Shown here: one piece after another, positions 11,363 through 22,600 of the stretch
Layout: each line of letters opens with the position of its first letter
Numbering within the stretch: position 1 is the first letter of the stretch
NCBI GenBank assembly: GCA_000004985.1
Contig: GG738886.1
Source: Naegleria gruberi
Taxonomy: Eukaryota
Reading direction: 5' to 3' (one strand)
Length of the DNA stretch: 64,000 nucleotides
The notes under the pieces: model-generated
Seen by the model: the letters and a program-made list of their open reading frames with translations, nothing else
Databases searched by the model: none
What the model was told of the DNA's origin: nothing
Made by a program: the position numbers and the translations under genes

Positions 11363-11818
11363 ATGAGCGATTTAGTAAGAATCTTCAAGTCAGATATTGT
11401 CAATGCTCCAATCGACCAAGTGTGGCAGTTGGTGAGAAGTTTTAATGGTCTTCCACAATGGGCAGCTGGTATTTCAGCAAGTATTATCGAAAATGGTAGA
11501 GAAGATAATTCCATTGGTTGTGTCCGATCATTATCTTTGGCTGGTGGTGAAGAACCAATCCGAGAGGAATTATTATCCTTTGATGAGAAGAATCACACCT
11601 ATTCATACACTATCCTTGATGGACCACTCCCATTCAAGAATTACAAACACTATTATTCAACTATTACTTTGCGTGAAATTACAGAAAGCAACACAACATT
11701 CATTGAGTGGAAATCGGAATTTTTCTGTCCTTTGGGTGAACATGATAGTGCCAAACCAATTGTGGAAGGAGTTTATGTTGGAGGAATTAATGCATTGAAA
11801 AAGAAATTCTCTCAATAA
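11363..11818 (+). CDS. SRPBCC / Bet v1-like (polyketide-cyclase-like) small ligand-binding protein
   Basis: 151-aa ORF, A-rich ATG context. The pattern (VWQLVRSFNGLPQWAAGISAS...WKSEFFCPLGEHDSAKPIVEGVYVGGINAL) fits Polyketide_cyc2/Bet v1-fold proteins. Confidence 0.65.
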   Translation: MSDLVRIFKSDIVNAPIDQVWQLVRSFNGLPQWAAGISASIIENGREDNSIGCVRSLSLAGGEEPIREELLSFDEKNHTYSYTILDGPLPFKNYKHYYSTITLREITESNTTFIEWKSEFFCPLGEHDSAKPIVEGVYVGGINALKKKFSQ

Positions 11819-12201
11819 TTGTGCTGAGAATAATTGTTTGTGAAATTTTGAATTTATATTAAATTTGTTCCTTGATTAATTTAATTGGAAATTATTTTCA
11901 TGTGTGATGATGGAAAATTTAATGGATTCTCTCAATGAGTGGAAGAATTGAGTTTTTAGCATGATGGCAGTTAAGGAATTGAAATTGAACTGTCAATTTT
12001 ATTGTAAGCTACAACAGAATTATTCGAATATGGTCAATATTTTGTAAAGAACATATAATATCCACAGGGGTGCCTTTTCGATTGGATTAGTTCTTGTATG
12101 GAAGTTTGTGATAATCTTTCATCTGATTCCCGCCAAACAAATTTTCAACCGTTACACAAATCTGCCAAGCATCAAATTTTCAAAAACAAAAAAAATACAT
12201 C

Positions 12202-14709
12202 ATGATTCAAGAGCACTTAAACGGCGACTCCACCTCTGTGGAAAGAACCGTTTTCCAACAAGATTCCTCACCCATCCGTCTTCGTTCATTAAAACCAAGT
12301 CACCAACTTTCTCCTTCGTATAAATCACCAAAATCACAAACACCTTCAAAAACTAAACTTTCACAATCTCCTCCACCTTCATCGAACAGTAAGAGAATGA
12401 TGAGAGCAAATCATGCTCGCTGTCAAGCTTTTGAAAAATCTCCAGATTTGCGAATGCAAAAAGTTTCACATGATAAGGAAAATCAAGAAATGGACATTAG
12501 TCCACATAATAACGAAACTATTCTTTCACCACCCAAGTTGGTGTTGAGTAAATCGAATTCTGGATTGAGAAAGCCACTGAGTCCAATTTCTCCTCAAATG
12601 ATGGAAGATTCTCCATTGGAAAATATTAAACGAAAGACACCTAATCGTTATTCACCTTATTTATTGAAATCTGTATTGAAGAATGCAAATTCACCACGAA
12701 ATGTTTCACCACTCGTTCGTAACAGTGCTACCTTTAAGAGAAAATCACCACACAATCGATCTACTCCAAATAATTATTCGAAACATTCGAATGATCCTAA
12801 TAGAATGAGTGAATCACCAGATGCAGACTGTATCCAATTAGAAACTCCACCTCACATCCTCCAACAAGAAGACAATAAGAAATTCATTGGTGAACAAAGT
12901 ACCATCCGTGTGAAACCAATCCAATTCCAAGCTCCAACCTCAAGTGCCAACGAACCATTCTCACCAATTGCCCAAACTAATCACATTCCACAACAAGCAA
13001 CATCTTCCACATTCAGATCACCATTCAAAACTCCAAGTTACATTAAAAAGAGACAAGCTCTTGCTGAGGATTTGGGAATGGCCTTTGAGGATAGTTATTC
13101 CAGATCTGCAAAGAAGAATGCTACCACTCAAAATCCACTTAAAAATCCATTCACACCAAATAGTTTTAAACAAATTAAGGTAATTCCTGATAAGGCATTT
13201 AGAATGATGGTTGGAAATACAGCTCAACAACAAGTGGTTGAAGAACCTAAAAAGAAGAAATCAATCATTCGTTCAATGAGAGATTATAGAAAGAATAAGA
13301 AGGAATCACTGAAAAGTAAATTGAGAGGTGATAGTCCACCTAAGGATTATTCCTCATCTACTGATTCATTAAAGAAGAGTAGATCTCCTGCCAGAAAGAG
13401 AAAGTTTGATGAAACTGAAGAAGAAATTCAAGGAGGTGCCACAGTTTTAAGTAATTTGGGTGTTCTCATTGATCAGTCAACTGTAACCAGTTCAGCACCA
13501 GTAGCCAACACTAACCAAAATGATTTCATGATTGCAGCAGATATCGAAATTGAAAGTGATGGAGAAGATGTTGTCATTGAAGAATTGGAACATGCAGCAT
13601 GTGAATCACCAACTAAGAAAATCAAATCAGAACAAGGTAGACCACTTTGGAGTAGATTAAAGAAGGCTCTCACAAAGAAGAAATCAAATCCAGAAGAAGA
13701 CGATGAAGAATCCAAACAACCAAAGAATACACTCAGAAGAAAGCTCTCTAAAAAGGGTCTTCAAGCATTCAGATCTAATCAAGTTCAACAAGTGCAAAAT
13801 AACTTGTCAAATCCTAATTTACTATCAACTCAAGATTTCAATAATGAAGGTCCACTGAGAAAACAAAGAAGTTTTGGAGAAAATTATTTTTCCTCAATGG
13901 TTCATGGAAGAAAGCAACAACAACAACAAATGGAAGAACAATCAGCTGATTTACACAATATTTCATTTGACGAAACTGATTTAAACAAACACAAGAATCG
14001 TCAATTCCAACTTCAAGATGATTTACAAGAACAATTTTTGAATAATATGAAAATGGTCAAACATACTGATTCTAATTTAAAGTCCTCATTCACTAACAAT
14101 ACAACCATTGCTGCCACTACTAACGAATGTGTGAAAAATTTCAAAATTCCATCACTCAATTTGAAGAATGTACCAACTTTACAATTAGCTCCAAAAGAAG
14201 AAAAGCCAACTTTCACATATTCTTTCGTTGAGATTATTAACACTCCACATCATAGAGAATACTTTACAAAACATTGTATTAATGAGTACAATTCAGAAAA
14301 TATTGAATTTTGGTGTGCTGTCAGATTAGAATATTCCTATTTAAGAGATAGATCACAAAGATATCAAATGGCTATCAAACTTCTCAATGAATACGTTGAT
14401 TTATCAAGTGATAAGGCATTAAACATTGATAAGAAATCCATTCTTCAAGTCAAGACAAGAATCAATGACGAAACTGATGACCTCTCTGATTTATTCGATT
14501 CCATTACTAACCATGTAGAAACTGTAATGATGGACTCTTTCAAGAGATTCCAACTCCTTCCAATCTACCAGGAAATGATTGCTCACCACAAAACCATCAT
14601 CTCTGAGAATAACAAGACAGATTTGGATACTCCTAGAGGAACCAACTTTAAGAATAAGATGTTTAGTTTCCTTTCTCCAAAAGGTCTCATCAAACAACAA
14701 CATGATTAA
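12202..14709 (+). CDS. RGS-domain protein with long Ser/Pro/Asn-rich low-complexity N-terminus
   Basis: 835-aa ORF. C-terminal RGS domain (FVEIINTPHHREYFTKHCINEYNSENIEFWCAVRLEY...MMDSFKRFQLLPIYQEM). Confidence 0.8.
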   Translation: MIQEHLNGDSTSVERTVFQQDSSPIRLRSLKPSHQLSPSYKSPKSQTPSKTKLSQSPPPSSNSKRMMRANHARCQAFEKSPDLRMQKVSHDKENQEMDISPHNNETILSPPKLVLSKSNSGLRKPLSPISPQMMEDSPLENIKRKTPNRYSPYLLKSVLKNANSPRNVSPLVRNSATFKRKSPHNRSTPNNYSKHSNDPNRMSESPDADCIQLETPPHILQQEDNKKFIGEQSTIRVKPIQFQAPTSSANEPFSPIAQTNHIPQQATSSTFRSPFKTPSYIKKRQALAEDLGMAFEDSYSRSAKKNATTQNPLKNPFTPNSFKQIKVIPDKAFRMMVGNTAQQQVVEEPKKKKSIIRSMRDYRKNKKESLKSKLRGDSPPKDYSSSTDSLKKSRSPARKRKFDETEEEIQGGATVLSNLGVLIDQSTVTSSAPVANTNQNDFMIAADIEIESDGEDVVIEELEHAACESPTKKIKSEQGRPLWSRLKKALTKKKSNPEEDDEESKQPKNTLRRKLSKKGLQAFRSNQVQQVQNNLSNPNLLSTQDFNNEGPLRKQRSFGENYFSSMVHGRKQQQQQMEEQSADLHNISFDETDLNKHKNRQFQLQDDLQEQFLNNMKMVKHTDSNLKSSFTNNTTIAATTNECVKNFKIPSLNLKNVPTLQLAPKEEKPTFTYSFVEIINTPHHREYFTKHCINEYNSENIEFWCAVRLEYSYLRDRSQRYQMAIKLLNEYVDLSSDKALNIDKKSILQVKTRINDETDDLSDLFDSITNHVETVMMDSFKRFQLLPIYQEMIAHHKTIISENNKTDLDTPRGTNFKNKMFSFLSPKGLIKQQHD

Positions 14710-14848
14710 GAGTGAGCTACTTTAGTGTTAGTTCACTACCTTTCTCAAATATATTGTAAAGTATTTAACAATTTGTCACATTTCTTTTTGTATGTTTGAA
14801 TTTGGCGCCAAAATTGTTTACAAGTTTTTAAAAATAGTTGAAAAAAAA

Positions 14849-16554
14849 ATGCTCTCCACTGATCAGGCAAGACAATATCAAGCAGCACAGAAGAATACAA
14901 AGGCTGCCAATAGTAGTAAAGTCAATAACAATATTAGTACTACAACAACAAGCAGTACAAGGAGTAATTCATCAGCTTCACCTTTGGATGCTAGTAATTA
15001 TTTTAACAACACAACGGGAAGAGAAAAGTTGGATATCACAAAGGAGGAAATAGATAAGATTGAAAAATGTATGAAGGACCCTGAGTTTTTAAAGTTGTTT
15101 GAGGAATATGTGAATGAAATTTCCGATCCTAATGCATTGAGGGAAACTGACATGTATATTAAACAATTGGAGAAGGAGGGAACAAGTTTACCCAAGTCAA
15201 TAGTCATTCCGAAGGCTGTAAGTATGAACGTGATGATAGAATTATGTTAATAGATGTAGTGTTTTTGTATTCAATGTGGAACTGAAGATAAGAAGGGGAA
15301 GAACTATATTGTAAATGTTTGTTCGAGTGATAGTGTTGAAATTCACAAGGAAGAGAAATCTAAAAAAGGCGAAAAATGTAAGTTGTGACAATTCAATTAA
15401 GGTCTTATCCAAAACTTTCAGCTGGTACCCAATTTAGTGTTCCATTGGTCGTCGGAAATCCAAAAGTTGAGGAAAAACAAGTCGTTCTCGATGTCATTTT
15501 TAACACAAAAACTTGTGAAAAGGCTGATAAGGATGTTTTGTTTAAGGATTTTATCTGTGGAATGGCTTTGGACTATGTGGAGAAGAAATGTAATGTTAAA
15601 TTGAAAAAGCAATATTATACAATGATGCTTGGAGTTAAAAGTGTTGGAGAGCCATCAGCTCTGACAGTTCAAGCCCCTGGTCAAAAAACTGATAAGAACG
15701 ATCCATTAGCTCCTCAAAGCGTGCTTAAGGATATTCAGGAAAGTAGAGAAAAGGCCAATCAAATCTACTCTACAGAACAAAAGGAACTGAAATTGACCAA
15801 AGAAGACCCAACTCCTAAGAAATCAAACCTCATTCAAGAAGTTAATGATCCAATAACTCCAAAGTATGAAATTGTATACAGGAATAGTTTTGATATGTCA
15901 GAATATACATATTCAACTCCAACAGCTACAAATAGAGCAAAACCAGCTGAGATTGGAATTAGAATATTCCTTCCAATGTTGGATAGTATATCAGGAGTGG
16001 ACCTGGATGTGTCTGAAAACTTTTTGAAATTGGATTGTACACATCCTCAAAAGTATCATTTGGATCTTCATTTGCCGTACAGTGTGTTGAGTGACAAGGT
16101 TTCCGCCAAATTTGAAAAGAAAACCAGAACTTTGAAAGTCAACTTAATTGTCACACCTGACCCAGTGCAGAAAGTTGTCTTTGATGAGATTCCAAAAGAA
16201 CAGGAAGAGGAAGAGAAAGTTACAGTTGTGGAAGAATTAAACAAGGTTGAAGAAGTTGCAGAAACTGTCACAGAAATCCCTCAAACAGAATTTAAACTTT
16301 CTAAAGCGCCATCTCCAAATCAATTCTCTTCGTTCGTTCAAAAGATTCCTCAAGAAATTGATATTGCTGCAACTGAATTGAAACCTGTAAATATCCATGC
16401 CGAACCACCAAAAACCCAAATTGTAAATAGAGTTGAAAGGAATGATACCACAACAAAGAAGAGTGTATCATTTGCTCCACCAGTCAGCGAAGAAGTGAAA
16501 CCAGTCCAACAAGCAAGCGAGTTCAAAAATAAGTATTTATTTGAACTGGACTAG
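14849..16554 (+). CDS. PIH1-domain protein (PIH1D1/Kintoun family), 3 exons
   Basis: join(14849..15217, 15260..15377, 15422..16554). Exon 1 has the PIH1 N-motif (KDPEFLKLFEEYVNEISDPNALRE). A 118-nt middle exon missed by the ORF track encodes CFCIQCGTEDKKGKNYIVNVCSS (cf. PGFCIKT..GKVFINIC). Exon 3 has VPLVVGNP...VVLDVIFN and a C-terminal CS-like region. Donors are GTAAGT at 15218 and 15378; acceptors are TAG at 15259 and CAG at 15421. Confidence 0.75.
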
Positions 16555-16748
16555 TTGACTAAATATTGCCAATAAAATATTTAAATAATTTTTTTGTGGA
16601 TTTATTTAAGTCGCCAAATACACAAAATTATTGGAGACTTGTGCTACAGAAATGGGTGAAGCAAATGAATCCACAACTCTTGAGTATTTACAATCTTCTT
16701 TTTCCATTCTGACTGTTCTGGAAACACATTTAAAATACATTGCATCAC

Positions 16749-18704
16749 TTATTTGATAATCTTTTCAGCAGCTTCCTTAATCTTACCCAAACGGCTTTGA
16801 ATATAAGCCATTCTGAGAGTCTTATCTCTAGCTAAGAAAGGTCTAGCACTGACAGCAAATTGGAAACGAGGATTAAGTTGTCTAGCAATACCTTCGACAA
16901 CGACAGTACTGATGACAAGTGTAGAGAAAGTAGATTCAATAGGAACACGATATTGTCTACCAAGAGTCAACACAGTTTCCATAACCTTACCAACTTGAAT
17001 TTCTTCAATTGGCTTATCCAAAACGAATGTAATAAGTTCAGCCATTTCCTTCTTGAATTTTTCAGCATTTTCTGGTGTCAAAGAATAACCAGTATTTTCA
17101 CGAAGCTTTCTAGAACGTTCAATCATCAATTGAGCAGCATAATAACCTTCACCTCTGATAATAGCAGAGAAGAGATCAATAAAGTTTTGACGATCTTCTG
17201 ATGACAATTGAGTAACCATACCAGCATCCAAAACAACCAACATTGGCTCATTGGTTTCCTTGTTAATTCTAACCATCAAATTACCAGGGTGCAAATCAGC
17301 ATGGAGCAAGTTGTCATGCAACATCATCTTTAAGAAAAGGTCGGTACCAAGTTCGGCAACACGATGTCTTTGGTTGGTTTGTTGAAGTCTTTGTTGTTCC
17401 TTTTCATCAATTTCTCCTTCAACTTCTCTACTAACAGGTTTGTTGCCCTTTTCATGAACAAGTTCATCTAAAATTTGTTCTGGTTTTGGAACAGGATTTG
17501 GGATTGAAATTTCACGATCAATACGAGCTTGATCCAAATAATGTTGAATAGAAATACCAGGTTCAAAACTTTCAATAAGAATGCTTGGAGTATAGAAATA
17601 TGGAGTTGGGAAAATGATAGTAGACTTAAAGTCTTGGAAGTTCTTTTGGAAGGCCTTAAGATTTTCACCTTCAAATCGGAAGTTGGTTTGAAGTTTCATA
17701 CACTTTGTAAATTCTTTAACATTTTCTTGAAGTTGCAACCAACCCAATGATGGAAGGAATCTACTAGTCAAAACACAGAACAATTCCAAAATCTTTAAAT
17801 CTTGAAGAATTTGTGTTTCAACATAAGGATGTCTAACCTTGATGGCAACATCCTTGATTTCTTCCTTCTTTGTGTGATCATTAAATCTCTTCATTTTGCC
17901 TCTGTAAACTTGACCAATAGCACCACTTGCCAAAGGATGGTTACTATCAATCCAAGTAATGATATCTTCATCTTTTCCTTCTCTCTTACGATATTGATCA
18001 TTAACAAGTTGTTTAACGTTTTTAACATGATGTTTTGGAGCATTAGAGTGGAGAGCAGCAAAGTGTTTACAAATGTGAGGATCGAGTAAATCAGCTCTTG
18101 TTGAAAGCCATTGTGAGAATTTGATGAAACAAGTACCTCCGTCCTTCAAACTTTGAACAACACGCATAAAGAATGCTTCATCAAGATCCTTTTCAGCCTT
18201 GTCCAACATTTCTGCTCCATTTTCAAATTTAATCCTAGTGTATAAAAATCTATAGAAAGGCTTTAGGATGAGATAATGCCACATTGAATAGAAAACGAGT
18301 GGTGAAAAGATGGTAATAATTTCATTCAAACGTTGTCCAATATGAATTAAATAGTAAATACGATGGAAAAGAGAGTGAGTAAATCTATCATATAATAATT
18401 GACCATATTTGTCGCTGTTGATGAGTGTTGGTGTATCAAAGGCATGTTCAGGAACTGCAGGAGGTTGTGCTTCTTCTGATTTTGGTCCAAATAACAAATT
18501 CAACCATCTACTCTTTCTACGGATGACTCCAAGTTCTTCTTCGGTTTCCTTTTCGTAAGCCTTAGCAACAGCTCCAACTGTAAGAGCTGAACCAACTACC
18601 ACTGAACCAATTAGAAATTTTCTACCATATCCACTACTTTTGGCAGCTTCAGCAGTTGTCTTTAATGGTTGTTGCACACCACGACGAAGGAGGTGCTTCC
18701 ACAT
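16749..18704 (-). CDS. ABC1/ADCK (UbiB/Coq8-like) atypical protein kinase, probably mitochondrial
   Basis: ORF 16749..18770. The track start is TTG, so I use the first ATG at 18704 (MWKHLLRRGV.., presequence-like). ABC1 motifs: FIKFSQWLSTRADLL, ASGAIGQVYRG, VAIKVRHP, LHADLHPGNLMV. Confidence 0.85.
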   Translation of the reverse strand: MWKHLLRRGVQQPLKTTAEAAKSSGYGRKFLIGSVVVGSALTVGAVAKAYEKETEEELGVIRRKSRWLNLLFGPKSEEAQPPAVPEHAFDTPTLINSDKYGQLLYDRFTHSLFHRIYYLIHIGQRLNEIITIFSPLVFYSMWHYLILKPFYRFLYTRIKFENGAEMLDKAEKDLDEAFFMRVVQSLKDGGTCFIKFSQWLSTRADLLDPHICKHFAALHSNAPKHHVKNVKQLVNDQYRKREGKDEDIITWIDSNHPLASGAIGQVYRGKMKRFNDHTKKEEIKDVAIKVRHPYVETQILQDLKILELFCVLTSRFLPSLGWLQLQENVKEFTKCMKLQTNFRFEGENLKAFQKNFQDFKSTIIFPTPYFYTPSILIESFEPGISIQHYLDQARIDREISIPNPVPKPEQILDELVHEKGNKPVSREVEGEIDEKEQQRLQQTNQRHRVAELGTDLFLKMMLHDNLLHADLHPGNLMVRINKETNEPMLVVLDAGMVTQLSSEDRQNFIDLFSAIIRGEGYYAAQLMIERSRKLRENTGYSLTPENAEKFKKEMAELITFVLDKPIEEIQVGKVMETVLTLGRQYRVPIESTFSTLVISTVVVEGIARQLNPRFQFAVSARPFLARDKTLRMAYIQSRLGKIKEAAEKIIK

Positions 18705-19613
18705 TTTTTTTATCGGCTTTTTTGTTTGCACATTTGCGTTGAAGAGATTCAAAAGCCCTGTTTCACTCAATCTTTGTTAATTGTGCGTTAAATTGGAATA
18801 TTAGATAATCATCATGATTGAATTTTATTAATACTATCATATTCTACTATCAAAATTGATGAGGAGAGTTTTTGATTTATTTGAAGCATAGATGACGTAT
18901 TCAAGTATTAAAAATACACAACTAAGAGATTGAATGTTCTTGCTCAATGCACATTTTCCTCTTCTTGATGTTACCGATTGCATTCCCCTCAAGACAACAA
19001 AATTGATTGACTATTAGACAACAACGAGATAAATGATTCTTTTGTTGTTGTAAAATAACAAGGAGTCAGACGAGCTGCTAAATTGTCTACAGGTATAATT
19101 CTGTTACTACAATAACGGAAAAGAAAGCATTCATCATTAACGCAATCATTCAATTATTCTCTCTATTTTGATTGACTTTATCATCTTTGAATGAAATTGT
19201 GGTTTTTCATTTTTAATAAAAATAATTTCAAAAAATTATTTTACACCTTAACCTTTTTCGTTTTCATTTGAAGCCTTCCAAAAGAACAATTCACAATTTG
19301 AATGGCTTCATTGTCATAGTACTTACTAATGAACCTTAAAATTTTCAAGTTTGTTTGTTTGGAATATTACAATACGATTAAATTAACAATAAAAAATTAA
19401 CTATCAGTCATCCATCATTTCAAACTATTTAACCGGTTCAATATTGAATCGTCCCAAATTGTTATTTTACAATAAATTCATCTCTCTATTACATCAACAC
19501 AATAAACTTGTCCCAAATTCAAATCATAACTCAATCCATGTAAGCAGCCAGCGATAAACTATATTCATAACCCAGGGCTTTGTATTTTTCAAATGTCACC
19601 AGCACTATAAAAA
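18705..19613. promoter_or_regulatory. ~0.9-kb divergent intergenic/promoter region between ABC1 kinase (-) and Sec7 gene (+)
   Basis: Longest non-coding interval in this compact window. No ORF with any recognisable domain. AT-rich with T/A runs. Confidence 0.35.
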
Positions 19614-22600
19614 ATGTCAATCAGACAAAAACTCTTCCCTCAGCGAAAGCGAATGTCTGGTATTTTTGAATCAGAGCACTCGCCAACTGACGTGGACAGC
19701 CTAAAGAAAAATAGACGAGTTTCGAACGCTTCAGATATGATGTTGAGTCATCCTCCAATCGATCAGCACACCTCCAACCTTCTCAACACTAGTCTCTGTA
19801 ATAATCCCTCCATGTCAGAAGATTCACTCTCTCGAAAAGTTACCATTGGATCATCGACTTGTATTGATAGTAGTACTGGTAGCAGCGAGGTTGATTCATC
19901 ACCAAATAATAATGGTAATACACTCGATATCAAGAGCAGTAGAGGGAAACAAGAGCAATCATCCACAGTGATGATCGCTACTGCTCCTCCTGCTGGTTCT
20001 GATGCGGTAAATGATGATGTTGCTTCTTCTGGCTCATCCAAAAACAGCCTAAAAAACGAAGAGAAAAATGCTTCATTGTTGCCACAACAAGACTCATCAT
20101 CAACAAGTATAAAATCGGACTCATCTTCTCTCAATAACAACAACAATAATAATAATATTAGCAATAATAGTTCAGTATCATCATCATCATCCGCCTCAGT
20201 AGTAGATAATATTGAAGACGATATGACAAAAAACAGATCACTCACATATGCTGTTGGTGATTCCAAATTTAAGGGAATTGGCCCTAATGATGTTAAATCA
20301 CCACAATCACAGAATGCTACTACAGTTTCAACCTTTCTTACCGATGAACAACCATCTACTATTTCTCCAACAACTGCTATGAATAATAGATTCCAAGGAA
20401 TCAGTTCAAAAGACGCCAAACCTACAACCACAACAAGTACTACATCCCAACCAAAGCATGCTAATCCTCCACCAATACAAACAACATCATCCGTATCAAA
20501 TAATGGTAAATCATCAACTCCTACAAATAACAAGCCAGCATCATCAAAACCAGTAGAAAAACCAAGAGTTTCTCAAGACCTTTCAAGAGAAGCAGCTTTA
20601 AAGAAGAAAGCAACAGGAAAAAGCTTAACAATGCCATCTTCATCACAAAACAAAATTGTAGTGATTGGTTGTAGAGGTATTGGTAAATCCGAAATGGTGT
20701 ACAAGTTTTTACACAATGAAATTCGTTTTTATCATCAATTAAAGAAAGATAAGGCTCATCTACTTGAAGAACTTAAAGGTACTTTGGCTTCCGAACAAAA
20801 GACTATTAACGAGAAAAAAACACAATCAGCGTCCAACCAACAGAATGCTACTACCACACCAACAAATAATTTACCATCATCATCGACATCATGCACAATA
20901 ACACCTAAAACTGAACCTTCTCCAACAAAAGTTCAAGACAATTTACCAATAGATCCAGGTGCAATAGTGGAAAATGAAATTGAGTGTGCTCTCAAACCAT
21001 CAGACTCTTTAGAAGTTAGAAAACTGAAATTACTTTTAATGAAGAAAGACCAAGAAATTAAAAAACAAAAAGAAGAAATGGAAAATACCATTCAAGAACT
21101 TTCAAGTATGTGGAAAAAGGAGAGAACAGAAAAGGTCGAACTTGAAGAAGAGTATGTCGAAAAGGAAAATGAGTTGAATCATTATATTTCAGTTGTTGAA
21201 CAGATTCATCACTTGATTAATTTGGATCCAAAGTCAGATGAAATTCCAGAAGCAATTTCTTTCAAACTTCCTGAAAATCCTAATAATGGAATTTTGAGTC
21301 CAAACAGAAAGAGAAAGACCAGTGCCCATGCTGGAGTTATTGCTGCAACACCAAAACAAAATTTATCAACACTTCCACCATCTACTCCAAATGTTGTAAC
21401 ACCAATGAATAATAGAAATAGTCACAATAATAACCACAACGACGACTTCTTTGATCTCCAAAACTTCAACCCTAAAGACCCTGTACCAGTAACACCAATG
21501 TCTTCCCAAAGAAAGGCAAGACATGTCAGAACGGAAAGTACTTTCCAAAAGCTAAGAACAAACCAATATCAAGTTGTTGCTCAAGATTTAAGAAAATCAA
21601 TTGAAGAAGATATTGACGCAGATGTTTCTGATCCAGAAACAAACAGCATTGCTTTAGCTGCAAACGAAACTGATGAGACCACGGACGAAATTAACATGTT
21701 CTTGGCAGATTTTAATAGAACCGAGGAATCCAATTTTGTATTGACAAACAATCCATCCATGAATAGAATTCAAGCTCCACAAGTGAAGAATTCCCTTTCC
21801 AATTCGGAAGATAGTGCTGGAGATGAAGATACCGAGAATGATTATTCAGAAAGTAGTGATATTACTTCTGTTTCATCAACTGCTAGTTCTAACCATTCCC
21901 TTGTTAAAGCTCAATCAACAATGGATGTAAGAGGTGATAGAGGACAACCAGTAGTAGCTAACAGTTTAATTTTACCAAATGTTGGAAAGTCAAAATCTCC
22001 AACAATTGTACAATCTACAGATTACAAGTATGACGAGAACTTGTTTGTAAAATTATTAACCCCAAGTTTCCACCTTACTGAGGGTTTGAGAAAGTTTAAT
22101 ACCGGTAAACCAAAAGATGCTCTCAAGTATCTGATAGAAAATGCAATTTTGCCTGATCCAGAAGCTGGGTTAACTGAAACTAAGGAAAAACCAGAGGCAG
22201 TAATTTCTAGATTTATGGCCATTGCTGATTCTTTGAATAAGGAAAAACTCGGAGAATTTTTGGGAGATGAAAGGAATAATGTCTATCTGGAAGAATTTGT
22301 CAGATTCCATGTTCAAGAGCTGTACAATGAAGAAAAGAAACAAGGTGATGACACTTATTTGAGCAAGTTTGATCGTGCTCTTCGTTCATTTTTCATTCAA
22401 TTCAAATTACCAAAAGAAGGACAACAAGTTACCAGAATTGCAGAGGTCTTTGCCAATGTGTATAGTGAAAATAACAAGAATGATGGAGAACTCAATGGTA
22501 ATGGTGATGCTTGCTATTTACTTGTATGTTCAATGCTCATGGTGAATACACAATTACACAATCCAATTGCGAATATCAAGTTATCGAGAGAGCAATTTGT

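Noticed and set aside
18771-19613. Possible C/D-box snoRNA or other ncRNA in the long divergent intergenic region
   Set aside because: Only imperfect box C-like (AGATGAC) and D-like (CTGA) matches, without terminal stem complementarity. This is not enough to call an RNA gene.
19763-20533. 256-aa minus-strand ORF inside the Sec7 gene
   Set aside because: It is antisense to the poly-Asn/Ser low-complexity N-terminus of the 1324-aa plus-strand ORF. Its composition is repetitive (LLLL, DDDD) with no domain. It is an artefact of low-complexity coding sequence.
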